Positions 30,107-41,769 of a stretch of 64,000 bases of DNA are shown piece after piece. Position 1 is the first letter of the stretch, and each line of letters begins with the position of its first letter. The DNA comes from the human T2T-CHM13v2.0 reference genome, Homo sapiens. The notes under the pieces were generated by a model. That model was not told the DNA's origin and ran no database searches. It saw only the letters and a list, made by a program, of their open reading frames with translations. The DNA lies in the NCBI RefSeq assembly GCF_009914755.1, contig NC_060932.1; one strand, 5' to 3'. The translations under genes and the position numbers were made by a program.

Positions 30107-30503
30107 TGTTTTAGTCTGTCCTGGATGCCATAACAAAATACCACATACTGCGTGGCTTAAACAACCAAAATGTACTTTCTCATAGTTCTGGAGGCCAGAA
30201 ATCTGAGCTCAGGGCACCAGCATGGTCAGGTTCTGGCGAGGGCTCTCTTCCTGACTTCTTCAATGCCCAGCTTCTCTGTGCATACTCACTTCGTAAACAG
30301 AGAGAAAAAGGAAGCTTGCTGGTGTTTCTTCTTATAAGTAAACTAATCTCATTAACTGGACCTTATTCTGGTGACCTCATCCAACCCTAATTATCTCTCA
30401 AAGGCCTGATCTCCAAATACTATCAGATTGGAGGGTTAAAGCTTCAACCTATGAATTTTGTGGCTTTAACCACAAAATTTTTATGAACACAATTCAGTCC
30501 ATA
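30107..30503 (-). mobile_element. MaLR LTR (MLT1A-like)
   Basis: TGTTTTAGTCTG..GCCATAACAAAATACCACA..GGCTTAAACAAC..TCTCATAGTTCTGGAGGC..GAGGGCTCTCTTCCTG..ATTCAGTCCATA. Confidence 0.8.
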
Positions 30504-31839
30504 AAAATTCCTCAGTCCAATTTGGCTGCTCAAAGAGCTTTTATCATTTTCATTGCTTCTTACTTTTAATTAAGTCTGAAAGTCCTGGAGATTTTTTTTT
30601 TTTTTACAAAATTAGAAAAAAAAACAGTATTGCTACAATTAGAAGAAATAAGTATAGTACACAGAACTTCACTTTTTAAATTATATTTCAAAATATTTAT
30701 TCAGCAATTAAAGAGGTTTGCTGGGAATGTTAGAATTATCTGTTTGGATGTGGTTTAAAGCATGTCTAATAAGGCACAGTTAAACACTGTGCACTTAAAA
30801 TATGAGGAAAACAAATTGCCATTTAACAGGTCTTCCAAAATCAGAAAAAGTATTTTCAGAAATATGTAAGTGCCAAACATTTATAGTATTTAATTAAACA
30901 AATATTTTAGATTAAATCAATATAATTAAAACAACCTACGTATACGTTAGTCAGGTAAAGTAGAAAACCTAGGAAAATATTTGAATAATCAAGGCCAAAC
31001 TATACTTTTTATTCCTTTGGGCTAGAGTTTGAATATGATATCTGCATTTAATGAATTAGACCTGTCTTTACTTAATTCATAAAAGTCTTGCTGAAGAAAA
31101 GCAAGATTGGATATAGTTAATTGCACCATGCTAAAAACAAAGCCCTTTTTGTTTCCGATTGAGCTCAGTTAAGATTCTAAGAACATTCTCAGTTATGTTT
31201 CATGTTATTTATTTTTGTGTGATTTATCTGTGCAACACTTTTTCCCTGGATAGCTCAGTTTGATTGGTCAGGATGATTCTGGAGGCCTACTTGCCTCTCT
31301 CTGCAGCTAGTGCAAAAGAGATCAACTTCACTGACTGCTTTAAAAAAAAGTAATCACATAATAAATTGCAAAGCCACTTTTTAGGAACTGATCTGAATTG
31401 CCATATTATTTTTATTTCCAAAATAATAATACAAATTATTATTTATATGGCAATCCTGGTAATATGTGCCACTACTTCCAGACCAGGAACAAATATATGA
31501 CAAAAACTCTTTTAAAAATTTTCAATTATCTACTATGTGCAAGGAAATATATGCAGAATTATTGAGCTATTGATAAACAATTTATCATAGCATATAATTA
31601 TTTTTCTACTTGGGTCAGAAAATATGAGTGCCTGGAGCTCTAAAGATAAATCACCCAAGCCTTTGTTCTTCATTTAGGAACTGAGAGTAGTTCGGTATCT
31701 CTGAGCTCCTTTGAGTTCATAATCCTCTTAAAGTATCTGAGAAACTATACAACTTCTTCCCCAAAACATGAATGCATTAGCAAAGTATTGAAAGTGATTA
31801 TGGAATTATTTTTGCCCTACTTAAGTCCTGTAAGACATA

Positions 31840-32116
31840 CTGGGGTACAAACTGTCAGTTATAAGATAAATAAATTATGAGGGTCTAGCGTATAACATGA
31901 TGGTTATAGTTGACAATATTGTATTTTATACTTGAAATTTTCTAACAGAGTAGATCTCAAGTGTTCTTGTCACCAGAAAAAGAAAAATGGTGACTATGTG
32001 AGATGAACAATGCGTTAACTAACATGATTGTGGTAATCACTTCCCAGTGTGTTTGTGTGAGTGTTTATATACGGAATCATTACTTTGCATACCTTACATA
32101 TATATCAAAAATAAAA
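31840..32116 (+). mobile_element. L1MA9/10-like 3' end
   Basis: GGGTACAAACTGTCAGTTATAAGATAAATAA..TACTTGAAATTT..AGAGTAGATCTCAAGTGTTCT..TGTGGTAATCACTTC. Confidence 0.75.
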
Positions 32117-32559
32117 GACATACCGTATTTAAAGTCCTGACTCAACTACTGACTGTATACAATTTAGTAAACTACTAACCTCTCTGCAATTCAGTTTCTT
32201 CATTGGTAAAGTGGGTGTGACATCACCTATTATAGGGTTGTTAGTAGGTTAAACACCATCAAGTATATAAAATATTTTGCATAGTTTCTAGAATATAGTT
32301 TACTGCAAAGAGTGGTAATTTCAGTAACAATAACAATAACTACTTCTACCACTGCGAGTATTCCTGTAATCAACAAACCTTACAACAAACTTTTGAGGTA
32401 GATACTAAATGACATGAAAAGAAATTGAAACTCCAGTACACTGGATCGCAGTAAGTAAAAAGGCTGTTATGTGCCAGAACAGGAATCTAAATATCAGTTC
32501 TGACTTTACCAAAACTAGTGCACCAACTGGTTAAACATGGTTACTATGCAAACATATGT

Positions 32560-32912
32560 GAGTGACAGAGTTGAGAAATATACTGGGCTCAAGTTTTGGA
32601 GAGTTTTGAATGCTAGGTTTGAGTGTGATTATTATGTAGGAGATAACAGAGTACTATGAAAGTCTGACATTGAAATGATATTGCTGTACAGTAATTTGGC
32701 CTCAGTATGCAAATATGATTGGAGTATGATGCAATATGAAATGATTGATGGCAAAGAAAGCAGTTAGAAGACTGCTTCAGTAGACAAAGAATTAGGTGAT
32801 GAGGGCTAAGGTAGTGATGAAGGGAACAGAAAACAGGAGTTGAAATGAGCAATGGAAGTATGTGAGAGTGATATAATGATTTGAAATCATTTTTTGAATT
32901 TAGGGGTTATGA
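32560..32912 (-). mobile_element. L2 fragment
   Basis: CAGTTAGAAGACTGCTTCAGTAG..GGTGATGAGGGCT resembles L2. Confidence 0.5.
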
Positions 32913-33779
32913 CCAACAACCATTATTACATTATTACATTACTGTTGGCCATAACCCCTAAATCACCAAATTCCATGTAAAGATCATTTCATATTTTACT
33001 CTCATTATTTCCAAAAACAGAAAACTTAACATGGATTTTGATTAGAACTTTCAAGGTTATAATTTTTAAAGGCTGTCCATATAAATTTCATATAGAAATA
33101 TTTCACATTATTTTCACATAGTACCTTACATTGGCTTTTCTCTGCAAATCTTGCGCTTAAATGAATAATGAATAATTAGCAGGAAATGGTACAAAAGTTT
33201 ATAAAATGTTTCATACATTTGCTTGTACCAACACATCTAGATTGTAGTTCCCATATGCATTCTGCTATATCTTTCAAGCACTTTGCTGATGTGAGCTTAC
33301 CCTACAAGAAAACTGCTTGAAGACATACTGTAACACCACTGATACGAAGCTGTTATACATAAGGGCTGGCTCATAACAAGGAGATGGGTTGGCTCTTTTT
33401 GAGGAAGGGCATTGAGCTTACTGTCATGCAAAGACACAGAACTGGAAAAGGTATGGCCTTTCTAAATAGCATTCCAGCTGCAAGCTCAAGGTCAGTCTTT
33501 ACCTGCATGCTGCGGAGAACGGCCTCTGTTTCCTATCAGCCTTTTGAATCCTTCATAAAGTTGGAAGCCAGTACATGCTTGCACAATTGCATATGAGAGG
33601 AATAATTAGCAAAACAATTAGTGTATTTTGTTCACAAAATTCCTGCTTTCTAAGCATACACATTTGGACACCAGAAACTTTTTTTATTTTACATTGAAAA
33701 AACTTCTGATCCTACACTAAAGAAACAATTCTGATTAAAGCATAAATAAAGGGTAACTTACACAGCAATTGAATTTAAG

Positions 33780-34140
33780 ATGCATTTGGTAGCTTATATC
33801 TTAGATGGCCCTAATTTTCCCTACAGCTTGACTAAACTTTAGACAGGTTTTTTTCCTGACCATAAGCTCCAGACTTCCCTTTTCTTAAAACATTTACTAT
33901 AGGAAACTTTCAAATATAAATCCTTTCTTTGTTACTTTCAGATGTACATATTATCGCAGACTCTTGACAGTTTTACAACCTAGGAATGTCTTTCTCTGGG
34001 ATTTGGGAGCCATTCTTTGGAATGTAATCATCAAGCAAGATAGAGTCCTCATCTTCCTGTCTCTATGGGAAGGGAGGAGCCTTATTTTGATTAGCAATGA
34101 TTAGCAAAAAAAGATCTTCTAATCACATTGATAGACCTCC
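33780..34140 (+). mobile_element. ERV1-type LTR fragment (MER67/MER31-like)
   Basis: CTTGACTAAACTTTAGACAGG, TTTTACAACCTAGGAATGTCTTTCTC..GGGAGCCAT..AATGTAATCATCAAG. Confidence 0.55.
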
Positions 34141-36159
34141 TCTCTATACTTAGTAAAACCAATCATGACTATGGATCCCCAAGAAAATACTGGGAAAGTA
34201 TTTATAGGCTGTGGAAGGAGGGATCCTAAAGATCTGGATGGTGGTCAGACTCATTTGGGCACATAAACAGACTTAGATAGGTTTTCTGGTTCATTTCCAC
34301 CTCCTAAAGAAGAATAAATGTTGGAGAATGATTGGGTTTAAATTCCCAGCTCTTGAGGACTAGAATAGAGACCCTCACAGAAGGGATGTACAAATTCCAA
34401 TATCAAGGAAGTAGCAAGAGAGAATTAACCAGAAATCAAGTGAAAAGATGTTACAGATGTTATAGTTGTGTATTGAGTTACTAGAGTAGGTGTGTATGGC
34501 CCTCAGAGTAAACCCATGTAACATGATTCTCTGCACCTGGATATATTTACATACATAGAAGCAACTAACCTATATTCAAGTAAACTGCTTATTTTCTGCA
34601 AGTAGGAGATTAAATTAGTAATAGAATTTAAAAGTTGAGGGAAGATAGAATTTTAGTTGTTTTCCAAATTTTGCTATTTTCAGTTCATTGCCACCTAATT
34701 CATTTTTTTATATTAGAGACCTGATGGCCTAGGTATAAACAATTTCCTGTTTTTAGAAAACAAAGCAAAAGCTAATGAAAACAACCCTCTATATTCAAGT
34801 GTTTGTACAGAGATTAAAAACTTATAAACAAATTTGTTTTTATAAAACATTAATACATAAACAACAGCAAGTATAGTAAAGAAGTGTGATAACTTTATCT
34901 TGACACATTCAGATTTCCTGATCATTTCCCTGTGTTCCCTAAGTGAAGCTCTTTTCTGGAAGAGCCTGTTTTGCCAAAAAATATTAAAAAAAAGAAAAGA
35001 AAAGGTTGTTTTTTCTATTAATATTTTAGAGTTTTTATTTTTAGTTTTTCTCTAAAGCAACCCTCTTTCCATACTCTCCCAAGCATGTATTTTTTCATAA
35101 AGATATACAATAGCAAAACTAGACCAAAATGAGTATACAAAATATAAAAAAATTATAACCTTAGTACCTTAATATAATGATGTATTTTTTAGAGTAGGTT
35201 TCACATATATGTATAAAAATTCATAGACAAACAAAAATTGTATATATATATTTCTTTTTTAGCATACTGTGAACCTTATACTTGACAGTGGAACACTTGG
35301 CATTAATTTACTGTTGGCCTATCGAGTGATTACCCAGAGCTTGAAATCAACAACTCAGGAATTTCTGACAAAGAGTTATTTATTTTAAATAAGATTTCCC
35401 AGCTTGATTAAAGCTATTGATGCTAATAAGAAAAGACAAATGTGTTTGCCTTTCTGCAATTCTCATTTCAGCAGTAACTTGAGCTCATATTTGTTTTCTA
35501 AGAATCAATGTAATACATGTAAAGTTTGGCTTGATAAATTATCCTTAATGTATGAATTTAAAAAATAATATGCAAAATCACAAATTCAGTAATTATTTGT
35601 GCAGTCAAAATTAGCGAGGATTAACTGAGCCAGTTTATCAAAATATTTTAGTAAAGTAGTGGACTTTAAAATAGACGTGTACATGGCACATACCAATAAA
35701 ATCAGATGATTCATGCATGGCCTAGTATTCACACAGCAAATTTTAAAACATATTTCAGCATCTTGCAAAAGGATATGATGTAACCTAAGTGTCTTCCTTA
35801 TCTGCTTTCTTTAGTTTGGATTTAGAGAGGCAGAACTGAAATAGCAAGATAAAAATGGAAATGAAAATTAAAGGACGTTTCTTTTTTTAATGATAGATAT
35901 ACTTTACATTCGTCTGTGGTTTATTCCACATATTCTGTAACTAAAATTCATATTTAAATTATTTCAGTGTAGGTGCAGCAAAATATCTTGTCTTATTTTT
36001 ATTTAGTAAACAAATATTTGAAAGGCCTGGGTTTTCGCTTAGGAGTTGGCAGACTATTCTGCTGGCAACGTGGTTAAGAATTTCAAATGTTCTGAGGAAT
36101 GTTTTCTTTCTAGGATACATGACTTGGATGGGAACCATAACCTAAATGTCTTGTGAAAT

Positions 36160-36161
<2 letters not shown>

Positions 36162-36189
<28 letters not shown>
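36162..36189. repeat. (GT)14 microsatellite
   Basis: Seen directly. Confidence 0.95.
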
Positions 36190-36190
<1 letters not shown>

Positions 36191-36665
36191 GTTTGTAAGT
36201 AGAGCAATGAATAAAGCACTTATGTTTCATAATTTTTACAGATTCTAAGGAAATAAATTTGTATAATAACTTCACTGTAGTCTTGGAAATTTCTTCCAGC
36301 AAACAGGAACACTTAAAAATGTATTAGAAATATTGACTCAAAAAAAGGCAAGGGATGTAAATCCCTAATTGTGAGATTTCTTTTCCTTTTAATTATGTCT
36401 TGATTGCAAAGAACCTAATTAATGGGAAGCAGTTGCTTCATTTACTAAAGGATAATAGCAACATTCATGGGGTACCCATTATGGCCCAGACTCTTCATAC
36501 AAAAATCTTTTAAGGTAGACGTAATCACCCCAGATAGCGCTTTTAGAAATAAAGGCTTGGTGTAAATAACTTAAAAGCTGGTAAGTGGTACAGGCAAGTT
36601 TGTATCCAGGTCTGTTTGAATACAAAGTCTTTCTTCCCTATGCTGAGTATGACTATCTATAGTAT

Positions 36666-36668
<3 letters not shown>

Positions 36669-36697
<29 letters not shown>
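36669..36697. repeat. (AC)14 microsatellite
   Basis: Seen directly. Confidence 0.95.
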
Positions 36698-36700
<3 letters not shown>

Positions 36701-37707
36701 TTCCATAAATTTCATCACCTAAACTAACGTAAAAGATATAAATGTAATCTTATGACACAAATGAACAAGAAAAGAATCAATGTTGATACCAAAAAGGACT
36801 ATCATTTCCTTTGATGTTTGCTCATGGACTGCTAGATTCCATGAATTTTAATAACATACAGCAAGAATATATTGTCCACTGTATGCCCAACCAGAAACAC
36901 ACACTATTCATAGGAGATACAAGAGTCTCCAAGGAATTTACTGTGCTCTGCTAGACAACATCTACCATCCTATACCATATTAATGGAGTGTTAACAAAAC
37001 ATCATTATTATCACAGTACTTTATTGGTCGAAATCCTAAAATAGTTTCTTATTACAGTTGAAATTACTCATTAAAAACTACCTTTCATAATCTGGTTTAG
37101 ACTTTCCTATCCAACCCATCTGTCACTATTCACCCACACGTAGCTTAATTCTTAATAGTTCCCCTAACAAACCATAATAATTTTTACCCCTCTCACTTTC
37201 TTCATTGGAATACCACAACACATATAAAAGTGATGAAACATTTGCCCCTCTTCTCTCATTGTTGAAAGTTTTAGTATGTTTTATTTTGATCAAACAACCT
37301 TGGATGGTCAAGGTTAACACATGAGAATTGAACTGTTTATGAATGATTCCATTCATTACATTATGTCGTTTATTGCTGCAAGGGATATGTCTTCTGCAGA
37401 GGTAGAATTTCCCTCTGAAATTGCTTTGACTATTTTCACATACTCCCTCTGGCCTTGTCCTGCTCTATTTTGTTAGTTATCCTTACAGTGAAGTGATTTT
37501 TACCAAAATCTATTTTAGCTGTGGAGAAATAGAGATTTTTTAAAATATGCCATTAAATTACTCGTACATCCCTTTGTGAAAAGTAAAAAAAATAAAGATT
37601 GTGTATATACGTAAGAATAAATTTCAATACTTGAAAACCCTTGGAAAGACTCTTTAAAATACGATTTTTCAATTGTACTTCATAAACAACTTCAAGAATG
37701 ATAATAT

Positions 37708-38232
37708 TGTTTAAGTTAGCCATTGCTACATAACAAATCCACAGCTTAAAACAAAAGTCAGTGATAGTCTTACAATTTCTAAGGGTAGAAATATGAGAGA
37801 AGTTTAACTGGGTTGTTCAAGATCAGATTTTTGTGAGGTTTCAAACTGTTGGCTGGAGCTGTCAAAAGGTTTGACTAGGGGAGGCTCTGCTTCAAAGCCC
37901 AATTAGGACGTGTTGGCAAGCTTTGGATCCTGCTATCTGTTGGACAGAGATGTGGTCCTCACCATGTGGGCTCTTTTCACATGTTGGCTATGACATGTCA
38001 TCTGGCTTCCTCCATAGTGACTGATGAGACAGACAGAAAGACTGCCTGCACTGGAACCTGCAGTCATTTATAACCTAATCTTGGAAGTGATTCACCATTA
38101 CTTCTTCCATAGTCTATTCATTAGATGTGAGCCACTTTGCCTAGCTTACACTCAGGAGGAGAGGATTATACCAAGGCATAATTATCCAGAGGTGGCTCAC
38201 TGGTGGCCATTTGGGGGCTGGTTACTCCAACA
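37708..38232 (-). mobile_element. MaLR LTR (old MLT1)
   Basis: TTAGCCATTGCTACATAACAAA..GCTTAAAACAA..TTTATAACCTAATCTTGGAAGTGA..CATTACTTC. Confidence 0.7.
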
Positions 38233-40559
38233 CCAGTAACAATAGTGAATGCTACCACTTGAAGCAATTTCTGGGTTTTAGATATTGTACTAGGTGTTTG
38301 CACTCATTGTAATATGTATGCAAGGGAAAGTCTTCCATCTAAGTTTTTCCTATGAAGAAACTGATACTCAGGAATGTTAAATAAATAACAAGGAGTACTG
38401 CTAATCACTGGTAAAGCCAGGATTCAAACCTAGGTCTACTGTATTCAAAGTCAGCAATTTTTCTCCCCTTTAACACTGTACCTTTTTTTTCTTCTATGAT
38501 AATAGAAAATGATCTAAACTGTAATGATTTTTATTCCACATACTGTTTTGGGAATTCATGTTACTTAAGCAGAGAGGAAAAAAGAATCGTATTGAATTAT
38601 CTTGCCATTACCTTTATTAAATTTGATTCTTAAGAAAAAAAATACAAGCTTCAAAATCTGCTACTTTTCAACATGACACTTAGATAAAGAAAAATTATAC
38701 AGCTCTGACTTGCTAAATTTTGAAATGAAGTGTTTATGCTCAGAACTGTTCTCCCAATAATCAGGCAGAAATACAGGGCCCTCTTTATCATTGTCTTGTC
38801 CACTAGGAGTTTTCAATAACCCTCCTCAGTTACTGTTCTACAAAGGCTGGAGAATCAGGAGCTAGTGATGGGTAAACTGAACTTTTAATGTTTGAGTTAT
38901 AGGATTTGTTTATATCTGAAGAATATGTTCTCTATTCATTTTGCTACAGTAGTCACATTCCTTACATGCTATAATGAGTAATTCAGTCATCCTTCTCTAC
39001 CTTTGACAAAGAGATTATGCAGACATATTTTCATATTAATGACTCTTAAGTCTTAGTAGCCATTTTTTGACAAAAAAAATTAGAGCTTAAAATAATGATG
39101 CAGAATTAAATACAACACTTAGAACCTGAATTAACAATGTGACAGACATTATTAAAATTTTAATATAAAAATTCACTGGTTTTCTCTAATTATCATGGTT
39201 CGCATTATAACTATCATATCATCATCTAACATATTAATTATAATCACTTTTTGTCATTTTGTATCCTGCTGACCTTCATCTTGCAATATAATCTTCAAGT
39301 TGAAACATATAAAAAATAAAAGGAAAGAAGGTAGATTGCAATTCAGTATCAGTATACACAGCATTAAGCACAGTTTTCTGTTGTAAATAAAATGGAATGT
39401 AAAAACAAAGAAAAGATAACTAATTAGAGCCTCCAAAAGCAGACATCTATTTAAAAAGGAAGACACTCCTGTAGAGAGATGTAAAACACTTGTGGAAAAA
39501 TGTGCATATGAATATGCAATTTTAAATTATTTTATAACATATGCTTCTTAGCAGCTAATGAGAAACTCTAACTCCAGCAATATGTCACCAATTCTAACAA
39601 AAATAATAACCATAAGCAATTGCTTTCAAAATCCCAGAGTCTCCCTTGGTCCACTAAAATATTAAAGACACGTAGCTCTTAGATTATTAAAAGCATCTTT
39701 CTTCACACTTACATAGATAAAGAAATTTTGTTTTTATTCCTCTTTCCTTATATATTCAATATCCAGTAAGGTTTAATTCAACTTCAAACTTGAAGATATT
39801 CAAATTTTTATAAAATATGTACCTAGAACAGATCTTCCCAAGAAACTATTTTTACTCAGAGAAGTACCTGTATTTTCTACACACTTTATTTTCTATTTTG
39901 TAAGCCAATTTTTTTTTCATAAAAAAGGGGTTAGGTTTTGGGGTCTTTGGTATTATACACTGTCAAAGATTTATGAATGTCTAAATAATTTTAAACCATG
40001 TATCTATCTCCTCTCTATATATTTTTCTAACTTTCCTCTCAACACATTCCAATTAATTCATCAAGTATTATCCTTTCTAGAGACAATGTTGCTGTTTCCC
40101 CTAGCAGCTTATTTAATACAAATGTTCTTTGTACCCATCCCTTATTTTTTTTCTACTACCTTGCTTGGCTAGACATGTGTGTGATCCACTAATCTTTATT
40201 TTTCTTCGCCACCTTATGAAACACCTAGATCTGATGCCACTGATATATGTAGGTTTATTTTTATGTATTGTTCTAAAATATCATAAGATTGATAGCTATC
40301 TGATTGGTAATTCTTCAGTCTGTTCATGTTTGGAAAAGAATATTAACAGAATTTTCCCAAATAAGCTTTTTCATCATTAAAAAAAGGATAAGAAATAAAT
40401 CTTTCCTTTTCCTATAATGAATTCACTATCTCACAACTATTCCATTGAATTTTTATATGATTCTCTTCCTTTGAGCTACTTTAAAGCTCTTTTTATTAAT
40501 CTTTTAGTCCTTTACAAGTTCCTAATCAAAGTTTATTTCAGCCAAACTTAATTCTACTA

Positions 40560-41710
40560 CATGCATTTATTCATTAAGCAAACATTTATTGAGTATTAGA
40601 TTAAGTACATTGACCTGACTGTTAATGAGCTTAGTCTGATAAGGGAGACTGATAAACTCAAAAATACAAATAGCTAAAAATCACAGAGATATCCTTTCAA
40701 TAGCCATATGCTTAGCATCTAAAATGCTGCAAGCACAGTGGCTTCTGAGGTCAATAAAATAAGGTCCCAGTTTAAGTCTATAATAGATAGATAGGTAAGC
40801 AAACTCAAGGATATTTTACAAGTGTTGCAGGTTCTAAGACAGAAGTATGTACAGGCTAGTAAAGACTCAGATGAAATGAACAGTTCTATTATGATTTTGT
40901 TGTGGGACTGAGTCTTGGGGTTTAAAACTGGAGTCAGGGTGACCAGTTGTGCTCTAATCAAAATGCCTGTGTAAGAAATAATGAACTAAGGTAAAAATGT
41001 CATGGATGGCAAGTGTCATGGATGACATAACAGACATATAAAGAGGAGAATCGACGTAACCATGTTATTGTGGAGAGAAAATGAGATAACGGACAAATTA
41101 ACAAACCAAACACAAACAAAAAAATCCAGGATAATACCAGGTTTCTGGTTTGGACAATTACATGATGATATATTAACAAAGGCAGACAATATAAAAAACT
41201 ATAGCAGGTCTGGGGACATGAAAAGTTAACTTTTGAATTTATTCAGATGAGATTCCTATGGAACAGTGAAATTTGGGTTTGGAACTCTCGAAGAAAAACC
41301 GACTCAGTATTAATGCTCTTACAGGTTTTTATTATATAAGTGGGTTAAACCATAGCAATAAATAAACAGGCAGAAAAAAGATACAGAAAGATTACAAAAG
41401 AAAGGATAATAAAATCCATGGGTCAAAATGTAGAGGCACATGGAAAAAGGAAATCTTGAAGAAGAGTAACTCGGAATAGTTCAAACAGTAGAAGACAGAG
41501 TGAGTAGCCTACTGGGAAGTTAAAAAGAGCTAAACGTTTTAATAAAGCAGAGGTTAAATAAAATTAGATGTCAAGAAAGAGATGACTAAAAAAGGTTCAT
41601 GGATTTGACAACTAAGATACAAGGATGACCTCTGACAGGAGCCTGGAAAACTCCAGTTGAGAGTGTAGGAGGAGTGAAATAGACACTAAGCACTGTAAGA
41701 GCTTGACTAC
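40560..41710 (-). mobile_element. L2 remnants
   Basis: CATTTATTCATTAAGCAAACATTTATTGAG (reverse L2 3' end), CCAGGTTTCTGGTTTGG, ATGGATTTGACAAC. Confidence 0.6.
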
Positions 41711-41769
41711 AAACTGCAGAGGTCTGCCATATTGTGTGGGTTCCCATGTCTTTCTCAATTTAATCAAAT

